From positions 20,770,001 to 20,834,000 of the forward strand of contig JBHGNT010000006.1 of assembly GCA_043228905.1 (NCBI GenBank): a stretch of 64,000 nt of DNA. The letters are read 5' to 3'. Each line of letters begins with the position of its first letter. The stretch's first letter is position 1. This stretch comes from Azolla caroliniana. Its lineage: Eukaryota > Plantae > Polypodiophyta. Made by a program: the position numbers and the translations under genes. The notes below the pieces were generated by a model, which was not told where the DNA came from, made no database searches, and saw nothing but the letters and a program-made list of their open reading frames with translations. Of the stretch, positions 35,501 through 49,121 are shown piece by piece.

Positions 35501-37833
35501 ATACGAAATACCGTTTTAGGAACATCGTCCTCACTTATTCGTATTTGATGGTAGCCAGTATGGAGATCAAGTTTCGTAAAATACCGAGCTCCCTAGAGAC
35601 GGTCAATTAGATCATTAGCCCGGGGCAATGGGTACGAATTCTTGATCGTCACTTTATTCAAGCGTCGGTAATTAATACACATACGCCATGTGCCCTCTTT
35701 CTTTTTTACCAAGAGAACTAGTGCACCCCATGGAGATTTACTATAACGTATGTAACCCATTCGTAAATAGTCCTTGAGTTGCTTAGATACCTCGGATCAA
35801 CTTAAGCGATAAGGAGGTATACTTATGGGTGCAACACCAGGTACAATATCTATATGATGGTCTATATTACGTTTAGGAGGTAAGCCATTTGGTAGTTCAC
35901 TCAGAAAAACATCACGAAAATCATTTAAGATTTCATCAAGTTGTTGTTCAAAATATGTTAATTGAACCGAGACATTATCGATATTGTAAACGTGAATGTC
36001 CGGATCAAGTACACAATAAAATAGAGTAGAACAAGACAACTTGGAAATTGATGGATACGAGGAAACAATCGAGAGGGATTGTTTTTTTACACATTGAATA
36101 AAATGAGTACAATCGTTCAGTACAAATGTAATTGAATGATGAACCCAATCAATAGATAAAGAAGAGTTTTTATTATAAAACCAGGGATAATCCAGTATTA
36201 CATCGGTGGTACAAAGATTCATTACATGGAAATCTACTTCCTCTATATAAGTATCAATAGAAATTCCTAATGAATGAATCACCCCGTTGATGTATTGTAC
36301 TCTTCCATTAGCCAAGTGCACCGTGTAGGTGTGATCACATACGGTTGGTTGGATTCCCCATATCTGAACCAAACGATCATTCACAAAATTGTGTGAGCTT
36401 TCTGAATCAAATAAAAATTGTACGGGAGATCCATTGATATACCCGTTTGCACGTAGTAAATCATTGGGACCCAATACATAGTGAGGGAAAGAACATTGAC
36501 AATTACCTAAATGATGTGTATAGACCTGAAGGACATTAGGAATCTGACCTTTTGGTCTGCATCTTTAGCTTTGTTGTCGTGCTCTTTCCATTGGAGCTTT
36601 CGACATTGATCTTTTGTATGACCCTTCTTTTTGCAGAATACACAAAAAGGATGTTGTCGCTTACAATCGCGATCCATGAATTCGTCGGGTGTCTTGTGTT
36701 TCCCAACGATTTGCGACTGCTTAGTCCTGGGTGTTTTGTTAGGTTTGTTGTGGTCCTTCTTCGAAGTGCGTTGATAGCGAAGAACTATTTCAACGGCCTC
36801 TTCGAAGGATTTTGGATCCTTATCGTGCACTATCCAGTGATAGTCCGAATTGGGGATGCCATTGACAAAACAAGCTATCAACCAATTGTCCCCTTCTAGA
36901 CCCGATTTTTAGATTTGGGTTCTAGCATGGTGAACAGTCTTCTAGCGAGGAAAATTTCCTGCTAGAGAGGTTCATTAAAGCTTGTGCTGCCTCGGTTTGA
37001 GAGGGAGGTTGCAGAAATTGGCCCTTAAAAACCGTGACAAAATCTGTCCAGGTATCGGGTAATTTCCCCATAGTACGGAGCCCACGCCACCAGGCGGCGC
37101 CCTTACCCCCGAGTTCTCGGCCGACATATGCAATCTTCGTACTATCTGGCATGAGATAGAGCTCAAAATGAGACTCCCATCATCCCAGCCATGTGTAGAT
37201 TGCTTCTTCGGTTCTTTCCTTTTTGTCTCCCGTAAATGGCTTAACGACAAATGATGGTTCACCTTGTTGCTCATCAGGTCTATTAGTCTCACATTGTAGA
37301 CTACACATCAATCAATCACCATCAATCAAAAGACAAAAGACAAACAAAGAAACATTAGTACATAGCTCTAATACCAAATATTAGAGATCTAGGTACTAAA
37401 GTAAGCTTAAGATAAAGATAAACTAATGATAGATAGAAAGGAGAAAGAGAAAGAAGGGTGCCGATCCACCCGACCACCCCCGAGCGAAGGGATCGAGACG
37501 GACTCGAGCGTCAATCGGCGTCCCATACCACCGTCGTGGCGTCGAGTCGTACCTAGTGCTGGCGCGCTCGCTACAAGAGTTGACCCTCCACAAGAGCAGA
37601 GTCTCGATGTACTCAAAAGATGATCAAATGAGGGTAGCTAGGCCTCTTATTTATAGCGATACCCAAGGCCCCCAGGCAAGTTCACACTTGACCTAATGGG
37701 TTGTCTCAATCCCGAGGATTTAAAGTAATCCTCCCCTTCTTTACACTCTCGTTTAACCCTCACACTTATCCACGTGTATAGAATACTACAGTAAATTCTC
37801 ACCACGGGATATTAAATGGTCATGCCCGTAACA
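32575..37833 (-). mobile_element. E6: degenerate full-length chromovirus (Reina-like), 5259 bp, inserted in the E5 RT
   Basis: 455-bp LTRs 32575-33029 and 37379-37833. Perfect 5-bp TSD AGATG. PBS TGGTATTAGAGC (tRNA-iMet, 37365-37376); PPT GAAGGGGAGTA. CVFCKKKGHTKDQC knuckle, RT FFDD, type-II-like chromodomain (ERILD..IKW..DATWE). Confidence 0.92.
33016..37292 (-). pseudogene. E6 gag-pol remnant
   Basis: Fragmented ORFs for gag, PR, RT, RH, IN and chromodomain with multiple stops and frameshifts. Confidence 0.85.
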
Positions 37834-40800
37834 AGATGGACCGGCCTGCAAACGCTTCGGCAAATTTGTCGACGCTCGGACCGATTCCAGTATTTTGAAT
37901 TGTCACCTTGTTGATGGGTTGAAGATCTTGGATGAATCACAATGATCCACTCTTCTTCAGCACCGTGAACCACATATTAGAATAGGGAGCATTCTACTGT
38001 TCCAAAATTCCCATATCCACCTTCTCATTTAAGAGCTCGATCAGCTTCGGAAGGTGTGCTCTCGGAACCGGTATCGGTTTCAAATTCCAAGGCACGTGCG
38101 ACACCGTGAAGATTACCATCGGCTCTATTGTCCTTGGATCAACACATTCGATTTCTTGTGGGAAAAATGCGAAAACCTTCCCATGTCTCCCAAGCATGTA
38201 GCGAAACATTCGCTCCTCTTCAGGGAGGAGAAAATCCTCGCTTCCAACTTGTAGCTTCCCTTTCGTCTCTTCGGTGAATACATGACCTATTGCCTTTGGA
38301 TCTCTTAAGCTTGGATCGTTAGCGACTTCCTTCATCTTTTGCCAGCTATCTTTGGGTAGCGGAACCGCAACTGGCTTGATCTTCTATCCACCGTTTTATA
38401 TTTGTGTTGATGTCAGCTTCCTTCATCAAGATGCTTCGATGATATTCATTGATGGAGTTAACCGAAATCACGTGTCGATCGTGAAGATAGCTCAAGTCCA
38501 CGACGTCCTCGATTTCACCGATGGTGTTGTTAAATGAGGCTTCTTCCATAATATGAGTCATGAATTCTTCTTCTAAATCTATTATGTTTTCTTCTTTCAG
38601 CATCTTCTCGAAGTCTTGTATCCGATGCTTGTCCTTCTTGTCAGGTAGTACTAGTTTACATGCACCACTAGGTGTGACACATGTTGCTTCTCCTCACAAT
38701 CCACACACTCTACCTTCTTGTGGGGACTTGTGATTGCTCGGACTATTTGTGCCCCATGTTTCAATAGTTCGGTCTAAAAATCTGAGGATTCGCCTCCAAG
38801 ACTATCTCGATTTCTTTCATGATTAGCTCGCACCGTTAGAAATGGAACAGATCTTTGATTGTCAAGACTCTTGATTCACGCGAAGGCTGCTCCATTATTG
38901 AACACCTTGGTCTCCATCCGGGATGATGTGATATATGGTTGACCCAGGATGACAGGATGCAAAGCCGATTCTTGCACGAAGAAGTGTTGATCCATCTCCA
39001 CATCCCCAATCGTGACTTTAACATTGGGACAACCTCCGTACAAGTCCTTCGTGGCCTTCGTTGCCGCTTGAATCTTCTATCCGTGGTTTGTATTAATCGG
39101 CCATCTTCCCTTTTTGTAGACCTTAGTTGACATGAGGTTAATCTCTGAACCATGGTCAATCAAAGCTACCACAGTCTCTTTCTTCTCCCCGATCTTCACC
39201 GACGTCTCCGTTGTCTCTCTTGCCCAATGAGGCCGAGAGTAATGGTTGTCCGCCATCACTTCTTCTTCTTTCTCCTCTTCTGATCTTGCCATAGTTATGG
39301 AACTTGTTTTCATCTCCTCTTCATCCGCTTGTTGCCTCTTCTATTTAATCAAGTCCACGATAGTATCGTGGAACTCCTTCTTAGCGATCCCAAGTAGCTC
39401 TCTCAAAGTAAGGTCGACATGACTGTCTAAAACCTTTTCCAGAAGGACCTTCTGCAAGTCGGTTGTTTGTTCTATGTCCGACCTTAGCTTGTAAGTTGGC
39501 GCCGCTCGTTCATTTCCTTTCTTCACAGATTCATCGACTTCTATCCGAGAAGGTTGGCTCGATCCACCGGGCTTCATGCTTGTTTCTCCTATCTCTTTTC
39601 GTGGCATAGGTTGGGCTTGTCCTTGTCCTTCTTTCCCTGCATTCCTCGTATTGTGACGCTTTGATGTGCCATCTTCTTCACCGGTTCTTTTCCTCTTCTC
39701 TTCAACAAGAGCTTCATGGTTGTCACACACAACCTCCACAAAGCTCGTGTTATCGTCGACTGGATCCAACCATCTGGTAACTCGTCGCACATTCCGATCA
39801 GCAAGTTGTAGATCCTTCAAATCTATTTCGCCTTTCTTTTCGCACTCAAATACCGTTGGCCAAAACCCAACTCTCGGGTTGATCTTCTTTAGATTCTCTC
39901 TTCCAACTCGTATCCCGGCTGATGCGGCATAGTGCATGGCTTCTACATGCCTTGCATCTTCCTCTTCCACGATCTTTTTCAGCCCACCTCTTCCAAAGTT
40001 CACTCGTAGTGGCTTCCGGGTCTCACTTGAATGAATCATGTTGCTATCCAAATAGACGATGTTCTTGCGAATCGCATCTTGCAAGTCAGTGCACTCCCTT
40101 CGTGAGTGCTCGAAGTTGTCGCGCCACACACATCTATACGCTTTTTTTCCCTTGGGCCTGCTGTCGTGAAGAAAACCATCCCCAGGCGCAAACCGTGTAT
40201 AGCATGTGTGAACCGGCCCTTACACGTGGGCATGCCCCTTGTTGTATAGTAGATAGGTAGGCACAAAAGTCGAATCCTAGGTAGCAATATTCTATAGGGA
40301 GAATCGAGGAGTATCTCTGTCCGAAAGGATAGAGAATTAATGTGATGTAAATGGGTGAAAGGGCCTCCCTCCTTGAGCTATAAAAGAGAGGGAGACGGGG
40401 AGAGAAGGGAGGGCACTAGAGGGGAACGAAGTGCTGTCGGACTAGGACCGAGCTCTTCTTCTCTGTCGTTCTCCATAGCTTTCTTTTGCGCAGGTTCTTA
40501 GGAGGTTGATTCTGCTCCGTGGAACGCCTGTGTGCTTCTGGCAGAATCTCCATCTTGCTCCCCTGTGTGCGTAGGTGATCAGGCGTCGGCATCCATCTCG
40601 CCGACCTGATCGGCTGTAACCGTTCAAGTCGTCCGCATACATACAAATACATACATATTTTTTATATACATACGCTAGTGTTCTCAACTCGTGTCTCCTG
40701 TGTTGATTGGGCCGCATCCCCGTGCGCTTCTTTGTCTATACGTGTGTGAGCGTCTCTCTCTTTGTTCCTCTTTTCTCACCTATTCCTCAGTCCAAGACAC

Positions 40801-40890
40801 CAGTGGTCCCGCCTTGTTCTCCACGCACGCGCGTAGCAACTCGACATCTTTTGCTGAACCCGACGTGAACAGGCGGCAGAGGCGTAGAAG

Positions 40891-43017
40891 ATGAGGGGGT
40901 TGGACCTCTTAGAAGCCATGGCTTCGGCTGTGGACCGTATAGTGAGTGCGCGCGAAGGCACCGGCGCCCTTGATAGGGCTTTCGAGGAGGTTGTCGGTAC
41001 GATCGGCCGGTTTAGTGGGAAGGATGCCACGAGCTACTTGGCGTCCTACCGGGTTGAGATGGTAATGAGGGACATTCCGGAAGAGAGGCGCCTAGCCGGA
41101 TTCCCTCGAGTGGCGATGTTGGGCATCTATACGGAGGTGCTCGAGGTACGGGCCAAGAGCCGGACTTGGGAGGAGTTCGAAGGTCGGCTCCTTGAAAAAT
41201 ACGGGCTTGAAGATGCGCTTCGACTTTCGAAGTGGGACTTCATGGAGTGGGTGGAGACCCCCGACAAAGGAAGGAACGCATCGGTGCTCCTCCGGGAGTT
41301 TGAGGAACGCTTCGCGCGCCTCTCGGTGCTTGACCGGACCATTCTGGACACAAGTCGTGTCCTATTGTTTGTTAAGTCAGTTGACGAGCGGGATCGAGAG
41401 CAAGTAGGCCTCCTATTGGAGACTGATGACGGGCTGACAGTCGACTGGGCCATGGTGAAGAGGGTCTGTGGCCGTTTCGACAAACGGCAGGAATGGGTTG
41501 ACAAAGGATCGACAAGGGCGGGCTCTGTCGCAACAAGGAAGCTCGAGCCAACACCACCAACGCAAAGGGAAGTGACCCGAGACTGGCTCGAGACCGGATC
41601 GGCTTCGACCGACATGGTCAAGGGCTCGCCCGGGGAAGCAGCTCTGGAGGAACTGACGCGGATGGTAAAGGATCTCCAGATCGCCCAGGCACGGAGGGAC
41701 GGTGGCGAACAGGCCCGTGACCGACGACCTCTGGCTAGAAACAAGTGCATGTGGTGTGACGCGGTTGGCCACATCCGGAAGGATTGCGGGGACTTCGCCG
41801 AGGCGATGAGAAGCAACGTGGTGTACCTGTGGAACAGTCAGGTGCACGCCAGCGAGACCCGAAGGCCCCTGGACCTGAACGTCGGGCGAGGAGGTATGAA
41901 AAGGCTGATGGAGGAGGTGGCGGCTCGTCACGCGGAGACCGTCCACTACTCGGCGTCAGCTGGTATTCGGGTCGGAGGTGGCGAGGCCCCGAAGACGAAC
42001 AAAGCGAGGTTCTGGCCGACGATTCTAGAAGGCCTCGTTGGCGCACGACTAAGGAAAGAAGAGGCGGACCGCGCGGAAAAACGGTTCCGGGAGGAAACCG
42101 GGTGGAGTGACCCGGTGGAAGAAAAGACGGGCTTCGTCGAAGCCGCTTGTCAAAACTACGAGGCTCTGGTGGAGGACAAGCGGGTAGGAAAAACCAGAGG
42201 GGCCGGGCCCTCACAACGATATGAAACTCGATTTGGGCAAAGGCGGAATGAGGCCGGTGTAATCGGCGCCTAGGATAATCCCAAGAAGGGCGGGTACCGG
42301 CTGGGCACAGAAATTGAAAGATCCATGGACCTGCGAAAGGTCCTAGAAGAACGAATCCTCGACAGTAAGGTGGAACTGTCGCTGAGGGAAGTGCTCGGGA
42401 TCGCCAAGAAGGAGTTCCACGACTCCATCGTAGACTTGGTGAAGAGGAAGAGGCTGTCGACGGAGACAGAACCGGAGAAGCCGGTGGAGGTGCGGACGAC
42501 GCACATAGAGGACATGGCGTTGGAAGACGAGTTGGCGGAGAGCCACTTTTCAAGGCTGCACTGGGCCAGAGTGACCACGGAGACCCCCGTGAAGATCAGA
42601 GATGTTCATGAACCGGTGGTGGCATTGGTGGACCACGGTTCAAAAATCAATTTGATGTCCATGGACTTCTACAAGAAAGGGAAATGGCCGATCAACACCA
42701 AGCACGGATGGAAAATACGGGCATCGACGCGTGCCACCGAAGAATTGCATGGAGCCTGCCCGAATGTACAAGTAAAGATCGGCGATGTCGAGATTGACCA
42801 ACACTTCTTCGTGCAGGAGACGTCCTCACATCCGGTTATACTAGGAGAACCGTACATCACGGCAGCACGGATGGAAACCAAGGTGCTGGACAACGGCTCG
42901 GCCTCTGCAAGGGTCAAGAGCCAGGATGGGCGTCACTCGCTCCAGTTCCTGACGGTGACACCGAACCATGAGCGGAACCGCGAGACCCTCGGGGGCGAAA
43001 GCCGAGAGGAATTTTAA
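40891..43017 (+). pseudogene. E7 gag-protease with one internal stop (42271-42273)
   Basis: ORFs 40891-42273 and 42325-43017 share a frame and are highly similar to the E3 gag-pro. Confidence 0.88.
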
Positions 43018-46000
43018 AGAGGGCTATCAAGGCGTGGGGCCGCGATAGTCCGGACACTCCGGGAAAACCCCACAAGTGTACGACAGTGAAGAAGACCTGT
43101 ACTATAAGTAGGAAATTTTGGTTCTCCGACAACGGAGGGTGTACGATAGTCGACGTCGTTGGACTGAAGAAGAAAAGGGCAGAGGAGCGACTTCGGGCAT
43201 GTGGTATCCTCGGCCCTGGAGAGGAAATCAATGGAGCCGTGGAGGCGGTCTATTTCGATGATACCTTGGGGGAGCTGCGAGAGGTAGTCGGAGGAGTCCT
43301 TAAAGAGGACCGGATGATTCCGGTATGTTCGGAAAGGATGTACGAAGTCATCGCGGACTTCAGTAGAGGGCTCGAGTCGGATCGGACAGCCCGGGTGGAC
43401 ACGAGGTACAAGACTGTGGACCGGAAGGTGAGGCCAGTCGCGACTCCCTTGCCGGAGGACAGCGAGTTGCGAATAAAGGGGGTTAAGTCGGACCCAAGTT
43501 TACAAAATCCGGCCCGCATAGGACACACGTTCACCTACATAATGCTACGTGAGCTCAAAATTGGTGGGAGCGGCTTCCTACTGCTGGCAGAAGAGGACCG
43601 GTTTCGAGGAATGCTCGGAAGGCACGGGAAGGCTTTCACATTCTCACCGGAGGAGATCGGGTGCGTAGACCCGACGGTCGTGGAACCGATGGTGATATTC
43701 ACGGTACCGCATGTGTCGTGGAGTCTCAAACCGATTCCAGTACCTAGAGCTCACATCCCGAAGCTGATGGAGCTGATAAAGCAGAAGGTCGAGATGGGCA
43801 TCCTCGAACTGTCGAGTGCCCCATACTCGAATCGGTGGTTTACCGTGCTGAAGAAGGACGACACGATGCGCTTTATTCAAGACCTGCAATCGGTCAACAA
43901 GGTGACCATTCGAAACGTAGGAATCAGACTGACAATAGACGAGTTTGAGGAGGCCTTCGCTGGAAGGTCGATTTACTCGGTCGGTGATCTCTACTCGGGG
44001 TATGATTAGTTCCAGCTAGCCATAGAGAGCAGAGACATCACGACAATGCGAACTCCTCTAGGCCTAGTACGGATGTGTACCCTGCCACAAGGAGGGACGA
44101 ACTCGGTGGCACACATGGTGAACGCAATGAACAAGGTGCTGAGGGATTGTATCCTAGACATCACCATGCCGTTTTTGGATGACGTCCCGATCAAGGGATG
44201 CCCGGTGGAGGAAAAGGACGAGACGATCGGACCGGACGGATGCCAGAAATTCGTGGCGACGCACATCGATGACTGCGAGAAGGTGTTGCAGAGGTTAGAG
44301 GGCGCGTGGCTCATCTTCTCCGGGGAAAAATCGGCCTTCGGGCAATCAAAGATCATGGTCGTCGGACACCTATGCGGGTCGTACGGCCGGAAACCATCTC
44401 CAGCTAAGGTAGAAGCCATCTCCGCGATGAAGCACGACTGTAGCTCGGTCACAGAGGTTCGGAGGTTCTTGGCAGCATGCGCATTCTACCACATATGGAT
44501 CCCGCATTACGCCCAAGTCGCGGAGCCGTTATACGGGTTACTGAAGAAGGGGCGAAAATTCGAGTGGAGAGACGAGCATACGGGGTCTGTCCGAAAGATG
44601 AAGGAAGCCCTTGCCGCAGCTCCGGCGCTCCGAAAGGTTGTCTACGGAAAGAACACTCCAATTTACGTAACGGTAGACACAAGTCCGACCGGGATCGGAT
44701 GGGTCGTCAACCAAGAGGACGAGGACGGCATGCGTTTCCCGATCCGGTTCGGCGCGAAGGTCCTCAACGAGCGACAACGAGGATACGCCCAGGTTAAACG
44801 CGAGCTCTGGGGTATCGTTTCGGCGGTAAAGGCCGACAAAGACTACCTGATCGGGACAGAGGTAATTATCGAGACGGACTGCCTGCCAATTCTTGGCATG
44901 GTTTCCGGATGGGCGACGCCGGACCTGGCAATGCTCAGGTGGATAGCGTACATCAAGTCCCTGAATCCGGAAATACGACACATTTCCGGGAAAGACAATG
45001 CCATGGCCGACATGCTTTCAAGGGAGAGGTTCGAAAACGAGGGCGGCATGGTTTCAGAGGACGAGGAAGTCGGCGTGGACTTCTTCGAGGCGGCTTACGT
45101 AACAACCGGTAGGGAATGCACTCCAATGCTTAACGATTTCGACGAGAGCAAGTACAAAGGGGAGTAGCTGCAGATCGGCGGGTTCCTGAAAACAATGACA
45201 CCGGACGCGGCATGGACAAAGGATGAGGCCAACCGGATTCAGAAGAAAGTGTACCGATTCTTTCTCCGGGACAGGTACATACGCTTAACGATTTCGACGA
45301 GAGCAAGTACAAAGGGGAGTGGCTGTAGATCGGCGGGTTCCTGAAAACAATGACACCGGACGCGGCATGGACAAAGGATGAGGCCAACCGGATTCGGAAG
45401 AAAGCGTACCGATTCTTTCTCCGGGACCGATTCTTTCAAGGGCGAGGTTCGAAAACGAGGGCGGCATGGTTTCAGAGGACGAGGAAGTCGGCGTGGACTT
45501 CTTCGAGGCGGCTTACGTAACAACCGGCAGGGAATGCACTCCAACGCTTAACGATTTCGACGAGAGCAAGTACAAAGGGGAGTGGCTGCAGATCGGCGGG
45601 TTCCTGAAAACAATGACACCGGACGCGGCATGGACAAAGGATGAGGCCAACCGGATTCGGAAGAAAGCGTACCGATTCTTTCTCCGGGACGGGTACATAT
45701 GGAAGCACCCAAAGAAGAGGAACGACATCCCGCTCCGAGTGGTGGCGAAGAAGGAGGAACAGGAGGATTTGCTGGTGGTGTACCACAATAGTCCTTGGGT
45801 GGGACACCGTGGAACGTGGGCCACGTTCGAAAAGCTAAAGGGGAAGTACTGGTGGTCGGGACTATACCGGGACATGCATCGGTTCGTGACGACTTTCGAA
45901 AGCTGTCAGGCGCACTCCATGATCCAACACCGGGACGAGCTTCACCCAACCTACCCTCCGACCGTCCACTTCAAGTGGATGGTGGATTTGGTGATGATGC

Positions 46001-46878
46001 CAATGGGGGTAGGACAGATGCGGTATCTGGTGTTGGCTCGGGAGGATGTAACAAACCAGGTTGAAGGCCGAGCCCTGTAGAACAAGACGACTGCAGCCGT
46101 GTGCCAGTTTTTGATTGAGGACATGGTATGTCGATACGGGTGCGTAGGGAAGATCGTGGCTGACCATGGTGAGTTGGACGCAGAAGAGGCCGAAGAGTTG
46201 TTCGACCGGCTAGGACTCAAACTTTCGCTCACCACAACGTACAATCCGGAGGCGAACGGGAAGGTAGAGCGCGGACACGGGTCGGTTGTCAAAGCGCTAG
46301 TATGGGCATGCGGAGACCAAGTCGGGACTACGCATAGTTCGGCAACCGGGTTCATGCCGGCAGAGCTTATGTTCGGACAGAAGCCGATCATGCCAACAGA
46401 GCGAACGATCTCCTCGTGGGCCACGGTGGACTGGAGGGATGAGATGAGCCGTGAGGAACTGTTGGCGGCGCGGATTCGACAGCTCGAGCGGAGGCCGGAG
46501 GACGTAGAGCGAGCCGCAGAGAAACTTCGGGTAGCGAGGATAAGGAACAAAGCCCGGTTCGACCGAGCACACCGGCTCCGGCCAAGGAAGATCGAGGAAG
46601 GCGACTGGGTGCTAGTCTACGACAGCAGCCTCGACAATCAGCACAGGGCCACGCGGAAGTTTGCGAGGAGGTGGTTCGGGCCTTACGTAGTAACAGGCGC
46701 CAACGACAATGGGACGTACCATCTCGCGGAGCGCGACGGTACGAGAATGGTGATACCGGTAGCGGGGAAGAGGGTCAAAGTGTTCAAGAAACGACACGAT
46801 GGTGAGCCGGAGCTAGGGGGCATGGATAGCAATGACGAGCAACCCGAGGCGGAGGACGAATCGGTAAATGAGGAATAA
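43014..46878 (+). pseudogene. E7 pol with stops and an internal ~420-bp duplication
   Basis: ORFs 43086-44009, 44046-45167, 45466-46080, 46099-46878. Confidence 0.88.
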
Positions 46879-48516
46879 AACCAAGGACCGGTTTTCTCCA
46901 GTAGGAACCCAATTTTGGCGCATACCGGTGGATGCGCGGTTAAGTGGGGGCGGATGTCGCAAAGAAAACCGTCCCCAGGCGCAAACCGTGTATAGTGTGT
47001 GTGAACCGACCCTTACACGTGGGCACGCCCCTTGTTGTATAGTAGATAGGTAGGCACAAAAGTTGAATCCTAGGTAGCAATATTCTATAGGGAGAATCGA
47101 GGAGTATCTCTGTCCGAAAGGACAGAGAATTAATGTGATGTAAACGGGTGAAATGGCCTCCCTCCTTGAGCTATAAAAGAGAGGGAGACGGGGAGAGAAG
47201 GGAGGGCGCTAGAGGGGGACGAAGTGCTGTCGGACTGGGATCGAGCTCTTCTTCTTTGTTGTTCTCCATAGCTTTCTTTTGCACAGGTTCTCAGGAGGCT
47301 GATTCTGCTCCGTGGAACGCCCATGTGCTTTCGGCAGAATCTCCATCTTGCTCCCCTGTGTGCGTGGGTGATCAGGCATCGACATCCATCTCGCCGACCT
47401 GATTGGCTTTAACCGTTCGAGTCGTCTGCATACATACAAATACATACATATTTTTTATATACATACACTAGTGTTCTCAACTCGTGTCTCCTGTGTTGAT
47501 TGGGCCGCGTCCCCGTGCGCTTCTTTGTCTATACGTGTGTGAGCGTCTCTCTCTTTCTCCCTCTTTTCTCACCTATTCCTCACTCTAAGACCCCAGTGGT
47601 CCCGCCTTGTTCTCCACGCACACGCGTAGCAACTCGACACCGCACCGACCTAAGTTGGCCAACGATACCGCTTCAAACTTCTTGGAGAGCTCTTCGATTA
47701 TGGGTTCTTCCATCGCTTTCTTGTTGAAATTGTTGATCGGCTTGCTAGGCTCGATCGTCATAGGCACCTTCCTCCTCCACGATTGTAGATTCTCCATATT
47801 AGTTTCCTCTTGCCATTGTCGATGCTTATCAAGACGGCTACAAGCCTTCTTCACCTCTGCCCAATCCGCTACCAAACCATTTGGTTGTGTTTCGTCCTCC
47901 AAAAAGTTGCCCAATTCTCGCTGATCTTTCGTATCCACTGCCTTTAGCAATAGTAGGACTTTATCTCCATCAAGAACGCGTTGATCAACACTCAGAAATC
48001 GGTTGTACTTATGGTCGAATTCGACATATACTCCAGACGCACACATATTCTTCCCTTTCTTCTCGATCTACACCATTAGCGTATGTTGAGTCATCTGTGA
48101 CGCGTCTTCAAGCATATATTCAGCGAGAAGCGCCTTTTCGAACTCCACCCAAGTTGTGTGCTCGTTTTGGATCTCCATGACACGCTCACAGATCCCTCGT
48201 TCCACCACACGTTTGAAGCTAGAAATTTGTTTGACATCGTTGACATCCCTTTGTTGCATCTTGTTCCGATAGGTAGCAAGAAAATCCGTGATGTTCTTGC
48301 CACCAAATCGTCCAGCTATCGTACGATCAACAACTTTGTCGATTAAAGCTTCTCGATTTCTCACCTTCAACATGTATTCCACTACGGACACCATACCTTT
48401 CGTTAATTCCTCTCCTTGAGTTCCGCTTGTCGAAGCCATCGTTGTACTTGAGATCCTCCCTACTGTACTTGAGATCCTCCCTACTGCCACTTTCACGTCG
48501 GGTTCACCAAGTAAGA

Positions 48517-49121
48517 TATTGAGGAAATCCTCGCATGTTCGCGAAATGAAGCGGGACCACCGAGGTCTTGGACCGGAAGGATTCGATGTTTTTAGCAGCG
48601 TAAGCGAGAAAGTTTTGAAGATAGATAGATGGATGAAGAGAGAGAGATTGAGATAGAGATTGAACCCTTGACTTTAGTTTTACGAGACAAGATACATCAC
48701 CATTAGGATAACTCAAATCTTTGATTAAAAGTTTATTTTTTTACTTACCTCACTCCCCCTTGCACAAGCCCAACTATAGGCTTTTATAGGTCTCTCCATG
48801 CAAAAATCATGGGCTTAAACCATGGGCTAAAACCATGGTTTTGTACCCACGGTTTCTATATGTTTGCTTCCAACAAAATACTGAATATGAAAACAAAATA
48901 TACAAATTCTAAAGCACTCAGTAGGGGCTTTAATGGTAAGTTAATTTGTCTCTTATCAGGGAGGTGCAAGGTTCAAGCCTTGCTTGTACCCCTTTGTATG
49001 GACTCAAAGGTTATTAGGCTTTAGTCTTATTTTATTTACAAATGTTTGAGTGCTCAGTACACTTTCTCGATTTTGTTTGTTCCACACTATTTTCACACTG
49101 TTGCCGAAAATCTTCACGACA
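48517..49121 (-). repeat. E5 5' LTR (605 bp)
   Basis: Direct repeat of 29379-29977; PBS-side terminus mutated. Confidence 0.9.

Larger units (their letters stand above)
40162..47639 (+). mobile_element. E7: degenerate full-length Trp-primed Gypsy (E3-related, different LTR), 7478 bp, inserted in the E5 gag
   Basis: 685-bp LTRs 40162-40846 and 46955-47639. TSD CTGC/CCGC. PBS TGCTGAACCCGACGTGAA 40852-40869; PPT AAGTGGGGGCGGA. Confidence 0.93.
29379..49121 (-). mobile_element. E5: degenerate full-length Trp-primed Gypsy (divergent, more AT-rich subfamily), inserted in E4 and interrupted by E6 and E7
   Basis: LTRs 29379-29977 and 48517-49121. Perfect TSD ACGC. PBS 48492-48509; PPT GGTGGGGGTGGA. 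gag 47640-48496 and 38775-40161; pol 37834-38775 and ~30060-32574 (FLDD; DHGS in the protease). Confidence 0.9.
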
